This document shows positions 39,502-48,038 of a stretch of DNA of 64,000 nucleotides, piece after piece. Every line of letters begins with the position of its first letter. Position 1 is the stretch's first letter. Both the position numbers and the translations under genes were made by a program. This DNA is from an uncultured delta proteobacterium (lineage in GTDB: Bacteria > Desulfobacterota > Desulfuromonadia > Geobacterales > DSM-12255), in the NCBI GenBank assembly GCA_963787125.1, contig CAWBBV010000018.1, positions 1-64,000 of the forward strand, in the 5' to 3' direction. The notes under the pieces are model-generated. The model worked only from the letters and a program-made list of their open reading frames with translations. It had not been told where the DNA came from and did no database searches.

Positions 39502-40815
39502 ATGACCGAAACAACCCTGACAACCAGCGGCTTTCTTTTTCGCGGCAAGCCGGTGCGGCGGGTGCATGTGATGGTGAAGCCGACCGGTGCGCGCTGCAAT
39601 CTGGACTGCACCTATTGCTACTACCTCTCCAAAGAGCAGCTTCTGGGGAAGCCTGAACAGCTGTGCATCAGCGACGAACTGCTGGAAGAGTTCATTCGTC
39701 AGTATTTCACCAGCCAGAACCATAAAGAGGTGGTTTTTTCCTGGCAGGGGGGGGAGCCGACCCTGTTGGGGATCGACTTCTTCCGCAAGGTTGTCGCCCT
39801 GGAAAAGCAGTACTGTCCGCCTCATGTCCGCTGTGAAAACGATCTCCAGACGAACGGCACCCTGCTTGATGACGACTGGTGCACGTTTCTCAATGACGAG
39901 AACTTTCTCGTCGGTCTCTCCATCGATGGACCGAAGGAACTGCACGATGCCTACCGCAAAGACAACGCCGGTAAGGGGAGTTTTGACCGCGTTTTCAACG
40001 CCGCCAGACTGCTGCGCAAGCACAAGGTCAACTTTGCCGTGCTCTGCTGTGTCAACAACCTTACTGCAAAAAAGCCGCTGGAAGTCTACCGCTTCCTCCG
40101 TGACCAGGTGGGGGCGCAGCGTATTCAGTTCATTCCGGTGGTCGAGCCGGTGAACTTTCGCCAAGTCGCCCCCCAGCACTGGGATATGGAGCAGAAGATG
40201 CCGGAAATTGGTTTCCCCCGGGCGAAACCTGGCGGTGCGGACTCCGTCGTTACAGACTGGAGCGTCGATCCCGACGAATGGGGCGATTTCCTCTGTCGGG
40301 TCTTTGACGAATGGTTTCGCAAGGATCTGGGGACGATTTATGTCAACTACTTCGATGCGGCGGTCGAGACCTGGATGGGTCATATCTCGCCCCTCTGTAC
40401 CCAGCAGCCCATGTGCGGCAAGGGGCTGGCGCTGGAGTGTGACGGCTCGGTCTACGCATGCGATCACTATGTTTATCCCGAATATCGCTCCGGCAATATC
40501 AAGGAAAAAACGCTGGCAACAATGGCCTTCTCCGTGCGGCAGGAACAGTTCGGCAAAATGAAAGAGGGTGCGCTACCGCAGCAGTGCCGCGCTTGTGACT
40601 ACCAGTTCACCTGCTTCGGTGAATGCCCCAAGAACCGCTTCATCAAAACCGCTGCTGGTGAAGTCGGGTTGAATTACCTCTGTAGTGGCTGGCACACGTT
40701 CTTCGCCCACATCGACGAACCGGTGCAGAAGATCGTGCGGAGTCTGGGTGAAACCGTAGCCAAAGAGGCGAGCAAGCGACCCGGCGAACATTGGCGACTG
40801 GTGAAACAGTCATGA
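39502..40815 (+). CDS. anaerobic sulfatase maturase (radical SAM/SPASM, anSME)
   Basis: KPTGARCNLDCTYCYY, WQGGEPTL, YACDH, CRAC...CFGECPKNR, YLC. Confidence 0.93.
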   Translation: MTETTLTTSGFLFRGKPVRRVHVMVKPTGARCNLDCTYCYYLSKEQLLGKPEQLCISDELLEEFIRQYFTSQNHKEVVFSWQGGEPTLLGIDFFRKVVALEKQYCPPHVRCENDLQTNGTLLDDDWCTFLNDENFLVGLSIDGPKELHDAYRKDNAGKGSFDRVFNAARLLRKHKVNFAVLCCVNNLTAKKPLEVYRFLRDQVGAQRIQFIPVVEPVNFRQVAPQHWDMEQKMPEIGFPRAKPGGADSVVTDWSVDPDEWGDFLCRVFDEWFRKDLGTIYVNYFDAAVETWMGHISPLCTQQPMCGKGLALECDGSVYACDHYVYPEYRSGNIKEKTLATMAFSVRQEQFGKMKEGALPQQCRACDYQFTCFGECPKNRFIKTAAGEVGLNYLCSGWHTFFAHIDEPVQKIVRSLGETVAKEASKRPGEHWRLVKQS

Positions 40816-41567
40816 AATGGGAACAAAAAGAGAGCAGCAACGGCTATGACCGCCTCCAGTTAGAGGTTGACTGGGCAGAACTTGCTGCCGATTACGTCGA
40901 CATGGTCGATAAACATGTCAGGATCAAGCTCCCCGGCTTTCGCTCGGGGAAGGTTCCACGGAGCGTTATTGAGCAGCGCTTTCAGGCTGAAATAAGTAGC
41001 GCCCTTTCCCACAGGGCGGCCCAGCGCTTCGGCCTTCAGGCCTTACGCGAGGCCGGCATCAGGGTGCTGGGACCATTGGAGGCGGAAGAAACTGACTGTG
41101 TCAAAGGCCGGCCTTTCCGCGCTTTGCTGCGCTTCTTCCCCATGCCGCAGATAACACTGCCGGATCTCGGTACTCTGGGAGAACCTGAGTCAGGCGTTGA
41201 CCTGCGCGACCAGATCTCTCTGCTGCTGCTGGAACTGATCAGCTTCGACCTGCCGGAACAACTAGTAAAAGCGGAACTCGACCGGAGTGAAACAGACGAA
41301 AGCGAACCGGGAAGTGCCGACTGGCAGGCAGCCAGTGACCGGCTCCGGTTGATGCTGATTCTCAAACAGATTGCCCGTAAGGAAGGTATCACCGTAGATG
41401 CAGCGGACCTGCAAGCGCGAATTGCTGCCAAGGCCGCGGAGTTTGAGACAACCAAAGCTGCTTTGCAGGCAGAACTTGAGCAAGGAGGCGGGATGGAGCG
41501 GCTTAAGGATATGTTGCTCGCCGAGAGTACACTGGAGTACCTGATGGAGAGAAACATGCAGGCGTAA
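40812..41567 (+). CDS. trigger-factor-like protein lacking the PPIase domain (251 aa)
   Basis: LPGFRSGKVP ribosome-docking signature, followed directly by TF C-domain-like FDLPEQLVKAE and RLRLMLILKQIARKEGITV. ATGA overlap with the anSME stop. Confidence 0.8.
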   Translation: MKWEQKESSNGYDRLQLEVDWAELAADYVDMVDKHVRIKLPGFRSGKVPRSVIEQRFQAEISSALSHRAAQRFGLQALREAGIRVLGPLEAEETDCVKGRPFRALLRFFPMPQITLPDLGTLGEPESGVDLRDQISLLLLELISFDLPEQLVKAELDRSETDESEPGSADWQAASDRLRLMLILKQIARKEGITVDAADLQARIAAKAAEFETTKAALQAELEQGGGMERLKDMLLAESTLEYLMERNMQA

Positions 41568-41598
41568 TAAAGTAATTTTTTCAGGCAGGACAATCAAG

Positions 41599-43418
41599 AT
41601 AGTGTCAAAAGTTTCATGAAAAGCCGGGATATTGAAATGGAAAGTACTCGAAAGTAAACGATGCCCTTCATCTGCATCTTTTCCGAGTCTGTCCAGACTG
41701 TGACTTCACTACTTTGTGGTTACTGGCTTGAATTTTGGGCAAGCCACTCTGTGACCAGGCACGTGAGATAGTTGGTCAGATTAAAACAACAATCAGTAAA
41801 TTGATCTTTGAAGACGGGAAGTCAGGCAGCTAGCGAGAGGATCTTGGTCCATCTAGCCTGAATGGTCGGCAGTGCCTTCAACTCCTGCAAAGGCACCGGT
41901 GGTAGATATTTTAGCGACATGTGAGGCCTGAGGAAGTTGTAGTGGGTCACAAACAGCGTAGTTAAAGATACCGCACCGTTTGTGCTGTTGAATCCTGCTG
42001 CTGGCCTTACATGATACTTGAAGGTTCTGTTGAGCCGCTCAACGAGCTGCTTGAAGGATCTGTACTCTTCGGACTCGGCATCAAGGTTTTGGAGGCCAAT
42101 AACCTTTTTGTGCTGAATCGTCTGGGAATCATCAGTCTGGGCATTGATGAAATGAATGCCAGCTGGATAAGAAGGGTTTCCGTCGCTGACAAGGGTTATT
42201 TGCTGATCGGCAGAAGCAGTCCTGATGGCTTCATTCATAGCGATAATGGCAGGCTGAGTGCCCCTGTTATCGGCCACGTGATAGGCGGAGATTTTCAGGT
42301 TCTTTGCCGAGATAAAAAAGAAGACATAATGGTGCTTGCCCAGGATCTTGATGTAGGTCTCATCACCTGCAGAGATATTATCGATATGGCCTTTATGCTT
42401 GAGATTGAATCGGTGGCAGTGCCAGGCGGCGCCAGCGGCATAATTGAGAACTGTCTGATGAGAAACCTTGATACAGAAGACTTCGCGCAGGATTTGAGCA
42501 GTTTTTCTGGCCGGAACGGCGAATGAAACATAGAAAGTCAGAATCAGGCCAAGCACGTTTTCGCTGTTATGGATTCTCGCCAGTTCGACCGGCGGTTTGT
42601 CCGGAGAAGAGAGTTCCAACTCTTCCGGTTTGTAGTGATATTCGCGGTACTGGTAGTTGATTTTGAACTGAGAACTTTTCTTTTTCATCAGCTCTTTCTC
42701 GGCTTTATTGAGCTTGGCAAGCGCCTGGATACGGTGAGGACAGTTATCATTTGGGCACTTGTGGATGGTCACTTCCTTTTGCGACTTCCACCTGAAGAGA
42801 GCCAGCCCGCAATGGGGACAGAAGAGCTTTGACTTTCTGTTGGTTCTGAAGCGCTGTTGGAGTTGGAAGAGTTGAGAGCAAACCTTGCAGAGAACTTGAG
42901 AGCGCTTCTTTCCGTCGTTGAAGTAGAGATAAGTATTTGGCGCTCCGCAGCAGGGACAGGTGACATGCACTGGAACCGGTGATGAACCCGCCCGGAGCTT
43001 GACCGGAGCAAGAGACTTTCCGTGAAGTGTTTCGTACTCAATCAGGAGTTGCCGGTAGTCTTTTTGATCGAGGTCTTTTTTTTAAACTTTGGGGGCTCAG
43101 TCAGTGGCGGCTTGGGATCGACAATAAAGTTTCTGTAGTTCGGATGTTTCTCTTTGAAATCGTCCTTTGGCTTAACTTCAGGATTACGATTTTCGAGGAC
43201 ATCTGACAACCCGACGACGATCTGTTCAATCTCGGTCTTTGTAAACTTGGAGCAAATCCAGACAACAAACCGGGCAGTTTTGGATAGGTACGACATGAGC
43301 TAGCCCTCCATAACTGGCATTCTTAACCAGAATCACGGGGGGAGGCAAGACTTTGATTGGTAATGCATTGAAATTAGAACTGAAAAGCAAAAAGACATGT
43401 CAAGAAGTTTGACACAAC
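41599..43418 (-). mobile_element. insertion sequence with a zinc-ribbon + DDE (IS6/IS240-like domain) transposase in two frames (43296-43042 and about 43080-41822)
   Basis: Terminal IRs GTGTCAAA/TTTGACAC; flanking direct repeat GACAATCAAG (41589-41598, 43419-43428); GDETY, SDG and ERLN motifs; CPCC/CKVC/CPHC. Confidence 0.88.
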
Positions 43419-43444
43419 GACAATCAAGTAAAGGAGGTAATATT

Positions 43445-45097
43445 ATGAAAAAAACTGCAGGATTAGCAGAAAAGGCCACCAAGTGGGCGTCAGTCGGCTG
43501 TGTGTTGGCCGGGTTCACGCTCTGCCTGGCAGCTGCGCCGCAGAAGGCAGCGGCGGCTACCAAGGACGAAAAACCGAACATCGTCGTCATCATGGGTGAT
43601 GATATCGGTTGGTCCAACATCGGCGTCTACAACCAGGGGCTGATGTCCGGGCGGACGCCGAACCTCGACAAGATGGCTGGCGAAGGGATGCGTTTTACCG
43701 ACTACTATGCTGAAGCAAGCTGCACAGCAGGCCGAGCCAACTTTGTTACCGGTGAGATTCCAATGCGCACCGGCATGGTTACCGTCGGTCAGGCCGGTTC
43801 GCCCATCGGCTTGCCAGCCCAGGCCATGACTGTTGCTACAGCGCTGAAGGATCTGGGCTATGCCACCGGCCAGTTTGGCAAAAACCATCTTGGTGACCTG
43901 AACGAATTCCTCCCTACAGTACACGGCTTTGACGAGTTCTTCGGTTATCTCTACCACCTGGACGCCATGGAAGACCCGGCACACCCCGCCTATCCGCAGG
44001 AGCTGCTGGACAAGGTCGGCCCGCGCAACATGGTTCACTCATGGGCTTCAGACGTGGATGATCCGACGGTAATGCCGCGCTGGGGAAAGGTCGGCAAGCA
44101 GAAGATTGAAGACGCCGGCACTCTCTATCCCAAGCGGATGGAGACCGTAGACGACGAAATTCTTGATCTTACCCTCAAATTCATGGATAAGGCCAAGGCA
44201 GATGGCAAACCGTTTTTTGTCTGGCTCAACCCGACCCGCATGCACATCGTCACCCATCTTTCTCCCAAATATGAGGCACTGCGCAACTCCAAGAACGGCT
44301 GGAGCATTCACGAAGCCGGTATGGCACAGTTTGACGATATCGTCGGCGATGTCATGAAGAAACTGAAAGAGATGAAGGTGGATGACAACACCATCGTCAT
44401 GGTTACCACTGACAACGGCACCGAAACCTTCACCTGGCCCGACGGCGGCAACACACCGTTCAAGGGGCAGAAAGGGACCGGCTATGAAGGCGGTTTCCGC
44501 GCACCGGCGATTATCCGCTGGCCGGGCAAAGTACCGGCCGGCAAGGTGGAGAACGGCATTATCTCCGGCCTTGACTGGCTGCCGACTTTTGTCGCTGCTG
44601 CCGGCAACCCGAACATCAAGGAAGAGCTGCTCAAAGGCAAAACGGTTGGTGACCGGACCTACAAGAATCATCTTGACGGTTACAACCAGCTGGACATGAT
44701 TACCGGCAAAGGACCGTCGAATCGTCACGAACTCTTCTACTTCACAGAAAGCAATCTTGCCGCAGTCCGGATCGACGACTTCAAGTATCAATTCATCGTT
44801 CAGCCCGGTGGTTGGCTTGGTGCCAAGATTCATCCAGACGCGCCGCTGATCACGAACCTGCGCCTGGACCCTTTTGAGCGACTCGGTATGCCTGAGAATG
44901 GTTCTCTCAACGGTTCACTGAATTATTTCTCCTGGTTCCAATATGAATTCTGGCGCTTCGTTTTTGCTCAGCAGGCAGTGGCCAAGCTGGCCATGACGGG
45001 CCTGGAATACCCGCCGATGCAGAAAGGGGCGAGCTTTGGTCTGGAGGCGGTAAAAGCGAAGATCGAAGAAGCCATGAGAACACACGCAGGACAGTAG
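43445..45097 (+). CDS. exported arylsulfatase (Cys-type, CTAGR)
   Basis: KPNIVVIMGDDIG, SCTAGRA, GKNHLG, TDNG; AAGGAGG RBS; signal peptide. Confidence 0.93.
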   Translation: MKKTAGLAEKATKWASVGCVLAGFTLCLAAAPQKAAAATKDEKPNIVVIMGDDIGWSNIGVYNQGLMSGRTPNLDKMAGEGMRFTDYYAEASCTAGRANFVTGEIPMRTGMVTVGQAGSPIGLPAQAMTVATALKDLGYATGQFGKNHLGDLNEFLPTVHGFDEFFGYLYHLDAMEDPAHPAYPQELLDKVGPRNMVHSWASDVDDPTVMPRWGKVGKQKIEDAGTLYPKRMETVDDEILDLTLKFMDKAKADGKPFFVWLNPTRMHIVTHLSPKYEALRNSKNGWSIHEAGMAQFDDIVGDVMKKLKEMKVDDNTIVMVTTDNGTETFTWPDGGNTPFKGQKGTGYEGGFRAPAIIRWPGKVPAGKVENGIISGLDWLPTFVAAAGNPNIKEELLKGKTVGDRTYKNHLDGYNQLDMITGKGPSNRHELFYFTESNLAAVRIDDFKYQFIVQPGGWLGAKIHPDAPLITNLRLDPFERLGMPENGSLNGSLNYFSWFQYEFWRFVFAQQAVAKLAMTGLEYPPMQKGASFGLEAVKAKIEEAMRTHAGQ

Positions 45098-45115
45098 TCA
45101 AGCTGTTTTACTTCA

Positions 45116-45145
45116 GCGGGCGGCTCTCAGAGCCGCCCGTTTTTT
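45116..45145 (+). terminator. intrinsic terminator
   Basis: GC-rich hairpin CGGGCGGCTC/GAGCCGCCCG followed by T6. Confidence 0.8.
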
Positions 45146-45195
45146 ATCTAATAGCAGTGCATTGTCTAAAACTAAGTGTAGGAGGGAGAATACAC

Positions 45196-45993
45196 ATGAG
45201 ACTTCACCGACTTTTCCTTGCCCAGTTTATGGTCATTGTGCTGTTGATTCTCACGCAATCGGTCGCCATTGCCGCCGAGTCCGATGAAGAACTGGCAAAA
45301 AAGACCCAGAACCCGGTTGCCAACCTGATCAGTGTGCCGTTTCAGTCCAACTGGGATTTCAACATCGGCCCCAAGGAAGACAGTAGTAATTATCTGCTGA
45401 ATGTGCAGCCGGTTATTCCGGTCTCACTGGGACAGGATTATAATCTGATTCTCCGCACCATTCTGCCGCTCAAGGCTAACGAGTTTCCGGAGTCAGTCGG
45501 CGGCTTGGGCGATGTACTGCAGAGTTTTTTCATCTCCCCCAAGGCCGAACTCAATGGCTGGATTGTCGGTGCCGGGCCGGTGCTGCTTTATCCGACCGCC
45601 ACCGACGAGACTCTCGGCGGTCGTAAGTGGGGTGCCGGGCCGACCGCCGTCTTCCTCAAGCAGCAGAGTGGCTTTACTTTCGGTCTGCTCGGCAACCATC
45701 TCTGGTCGTACGCCGGAAATAGTGACCGTCGCGAAGTTAACGCTACTTTCCTCCAGCCGTTCCTCTCCTTCACCACCAAGACTTATACCACCTTTGGCGT
45801 CAATACGGAATCGACCTACAACTGGACGCGCAGCCAGTGGACCGTACCGATCAACGCCACCATAAGCCAGTTGCTCAAGATCGGTGGCCAGCCCCTGCAA
45901 CTGCAACTGGGCTATCGTTACTATGCAGAAGCGCCGACCAATGGGCCGGACTCGGGTATTAGGTTCCAGGTGTCATTTTTGTTTCCGAAGTAA
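45196..45993 (+). CDS. putative outer-membrane beta-barrel of the sulfatase-associated ELAKKxQNPVAxLISVP family
   Basis: Signal peptide, amphipathic beta pattern, C-terminal FLFPK. Confidence 0.75.
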   Translation: MRLHRLFLAQFMVIVLLILTQSVAIAAESDEELAKKTQNPVANLISVPFQSNWDFNIGPKEDSSNYLLNVQPVIPVSLGQDYNLILRTILPLKANEFPESVGGLGDVLQSFFISPKAELNGWIVGAGPVLLYPTATDETLGGRKWGAGPTAVFLKQQSGFTFGLLGNHLWSYAGNSDRREVNATFLQPFLSFTTKTYTTFGVNTESTYNWTRSQWTVPINATISQLLKIGGQPLQLQLGYRYYAEAPTNGPDSGIRFQVSFLFPK

Positions 45994-46067
45994 GCCATCA
46001 GTGTCAATCGGTTCGATGAATTATTTTTTGGCTGAGTAAGCAGCCAATCACCTATAGAGAGGTCACC

Positions 46068-47069
46068 ATGAAAACCACACTGAGAAAATCTTTCATCACC
46101 GCAGCATTTGTTGTGGGCCTAATGCTCACCACAACTTGTGCGTTTGCCGCTGATGTATTGCCCTCCTGGAACGACACTGCATCCAAAAAGGCCATCGTCG
46201 CCTTTGTCGAAAAAGTAACGAAAGAAGGTTCGCCCGATTTTGTACCGGTAACCGAACGGATTGCCACCTTCGACAACGACGGCACCCTCTGGGCTGAGCA
46301 GCCGCTTTATTTTCAGTTCTTCTTTGCCCTCGAACGGGTGAAGACGCTGGCGCCGCAGCATCCCGAGTGGAAGAAGAAGGAACCGTTCGCTTCGCTGCTG
46401 AAGGGGGATGTGAAAGGAGCGCTCAAAGGGGGCGAAGCGGCCATCGGCCAGATTGTCATGGCAACCCATAGCGGCATGACCACAGAGGAGTTTGCGCAGA
46501 TCGTTCAAGACTGGATCGTTACCGCCAGACATCCGCTGACCAAAAAGCCCTTTACCGAGATGGTTTATCAGCCGATGCTGGAATTGCTTGCCTATCTGCG
46601 CGCCAACGGCTTCAAGACGTACATCGTCTCCGGTGGCGGCGTCGAATTCATGCGCCCCTGGGCGGAGAAGGTCTACGGCATCCCGCCGGAGCAGGTCATC
46701 GGCAGCAGCGGCAAGCTCAAGATTGATCAACGCAATGGCAAACCGGTGCTGGTCAAGCTGCCGGAAATCAACTCCATCGATGACAAGGATGGCAAACCGA
46801 TCAACATCCAGCAACAGATCGGCCGTCGCCCGATCGCCGCCTTCGGCAATTCCGACGGCGACCTGCCGATGCTGCAGTGGACGACCGCCGGCAAGGGCGC
46901 CCGTTTTGCTCTCCTCGTCCACCACACCGACGTTGTCCGTGAGTACGCCTATGACCGCAAGTCGCCTGTCGGCAGGCTTGACAAGGCGCTCGACGCAGCC
47001 AAAACAAATGGCTGGACCGTAGTGGACATGAAGAACGACTGGCAGGTTATTTATCCGTTAGCGAAGTAA
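46068..47069 (+). CDS. exported HAD-family hydrolase (nonspecific acid phosphatase-like)
   Basis: FDNDGTLW, VSGGG, FGNSDGD motifs; signal peptide. Confidence 0.9.
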   Translation: MKTTLRKSFITAAFVVGLMLTTTCAFAADVLPSWNDTASKKAIVAFVEKVTKEGSPDFVPVTERIATFDNDGTLWAEQPLYFQFFFALERVKTLAPQHPEWKKKEPFASLLKGDVKGALKGGEAAIGQIVMATHSGMTTEEFAQIVQDWIVTARHPLTKKPFTEMVYQPMLELLAYLRANGFKTYIVSGGGVEFMRPWAEKVYGIPPEQVIGSSGKLKIDQRNGKPVLVKLPEINSIDDKDGKPINIQQQIGRRPIAAFGNSDGDLPMLQWTTAGKGARFALLVHHTDVVREYAYDRKSPVGRLDKALDAAKTNGWTVVDMKNDWQVIYPLAK

Positions 47070-47102
47070 ATTGACGGTTAATCTGTTATTCAACAGCAGC
47101 AT

Positions 47103-47139
47103 AAACCAAAATTCCGGCAGCCGGAATTTTGGTTTTTTT
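47103..47139 (+). terminator. intrinsic terminator
   Basis: AAACCAAAATTCCGG/CCGGAATTTTGGTTT stem with T tract. Confidence 0.8.
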
Positions 47140-47241
47140 ACGCTGGTGAGGTGTGGTACAACGGGTGCAGCATACTGGAGGGCAACACCGTACATTTGCA
47201 GCAGCCATGACGAAAACGCTTTGCCCGTAACGAGGTAATCC

Positions 47242-48003
47242 ATGAAACCATTCATTTACACCATCATTGTCATTATCTGTACGGTCGGCGGCGCCCATCT
47301 GGGTATGTGGGTCCGCAAGCGGCTCCCCGAGCACCACCTCCATGATGAGACCCGGGATATTGTCAAGCTGGGTGCCGGCCTGATTGCCACCCTGACCGCT
47401 CTCGTCCTCGGCCTGCTGGTCAGTTCGGCCAAAGACACCCTCGATACGATGAACCGGGAGTTGACCCAGGATGGGGCGAAAGTCATTCTCCTCGACCGCG
47501 TTCTGGCTAACTATGGACCGGAAACGAACGCTATCCGCAGCCAGTTGCGCAGCCATGTCGCGCATACGCTCAAACAGGTCTGGCACGAAGGTGACCCGGA
47601 TAGTACAGCTCTGAAAACCGCTGAAGATTCACAACCCTTGGAAGAGCTGCAGACACGTTTGCGTAATCTGGCGCCGCGCGACGATGGCCATCGCCAACTG
47701 CAGACGCAGGCGCTCCAGCTGGGCAATGATCTGGCTCTGTCCCGCTGGCTGATTGTGGAAACAACCCAGCGTCAATTGCCGCAAGTCTTCATTGAGGTAC
47801 TGCTCTTCTGGCTTGTTGTTCTCTACGTCTGTTATGGTCTCATCGCCCCCCGGAATGGAACGGTCAGGGTTGTTTTCTTCATCAGCGCCTTTTCCATTGC
47901 CGGGGCCATCTTCCTGATCATGGAGATGAGCACTCCGTTCAGCGGCGTCATCAGAGTGTCCAGTGCGCCGATGCACAAGGCGCTCAGCCTGCTCGGCAAA
48001 TAA
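47242..48003 (+). CDS. DUF4239/bestrophin-like membrane protein
   Basis: ATLTALVLGLLVSSAK...LDRVLANYGPE...PFSG; four TMs. Confidence 0.7.
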   Translation: MKPFIYTIIVIICTVGGAHLGMWVRKRLPEHHLHDETRDIVKLGAGLIATLTALVLGLLVSSAKDTLDTMNRELTQDGAKVILLDRVLANYGPETNAIRSQLRSHVAHTLKQVWHEGDPDSTALKTAEDSQPLEELQTRLRNLAPRDDGHRQLQTQALQLGNDLALSRWLIVETTQRQLPQVFIEVLLFWLVVLYVCYGLIAPRNGTVRVVFFISAFSIAGAIFLIMEMSTPFSGVIRVSSAPMHKALSLLGK

Positions 48004-48038
48004 GCGCCACGATTAATATGCTCTTTAAAGGACCCCAC

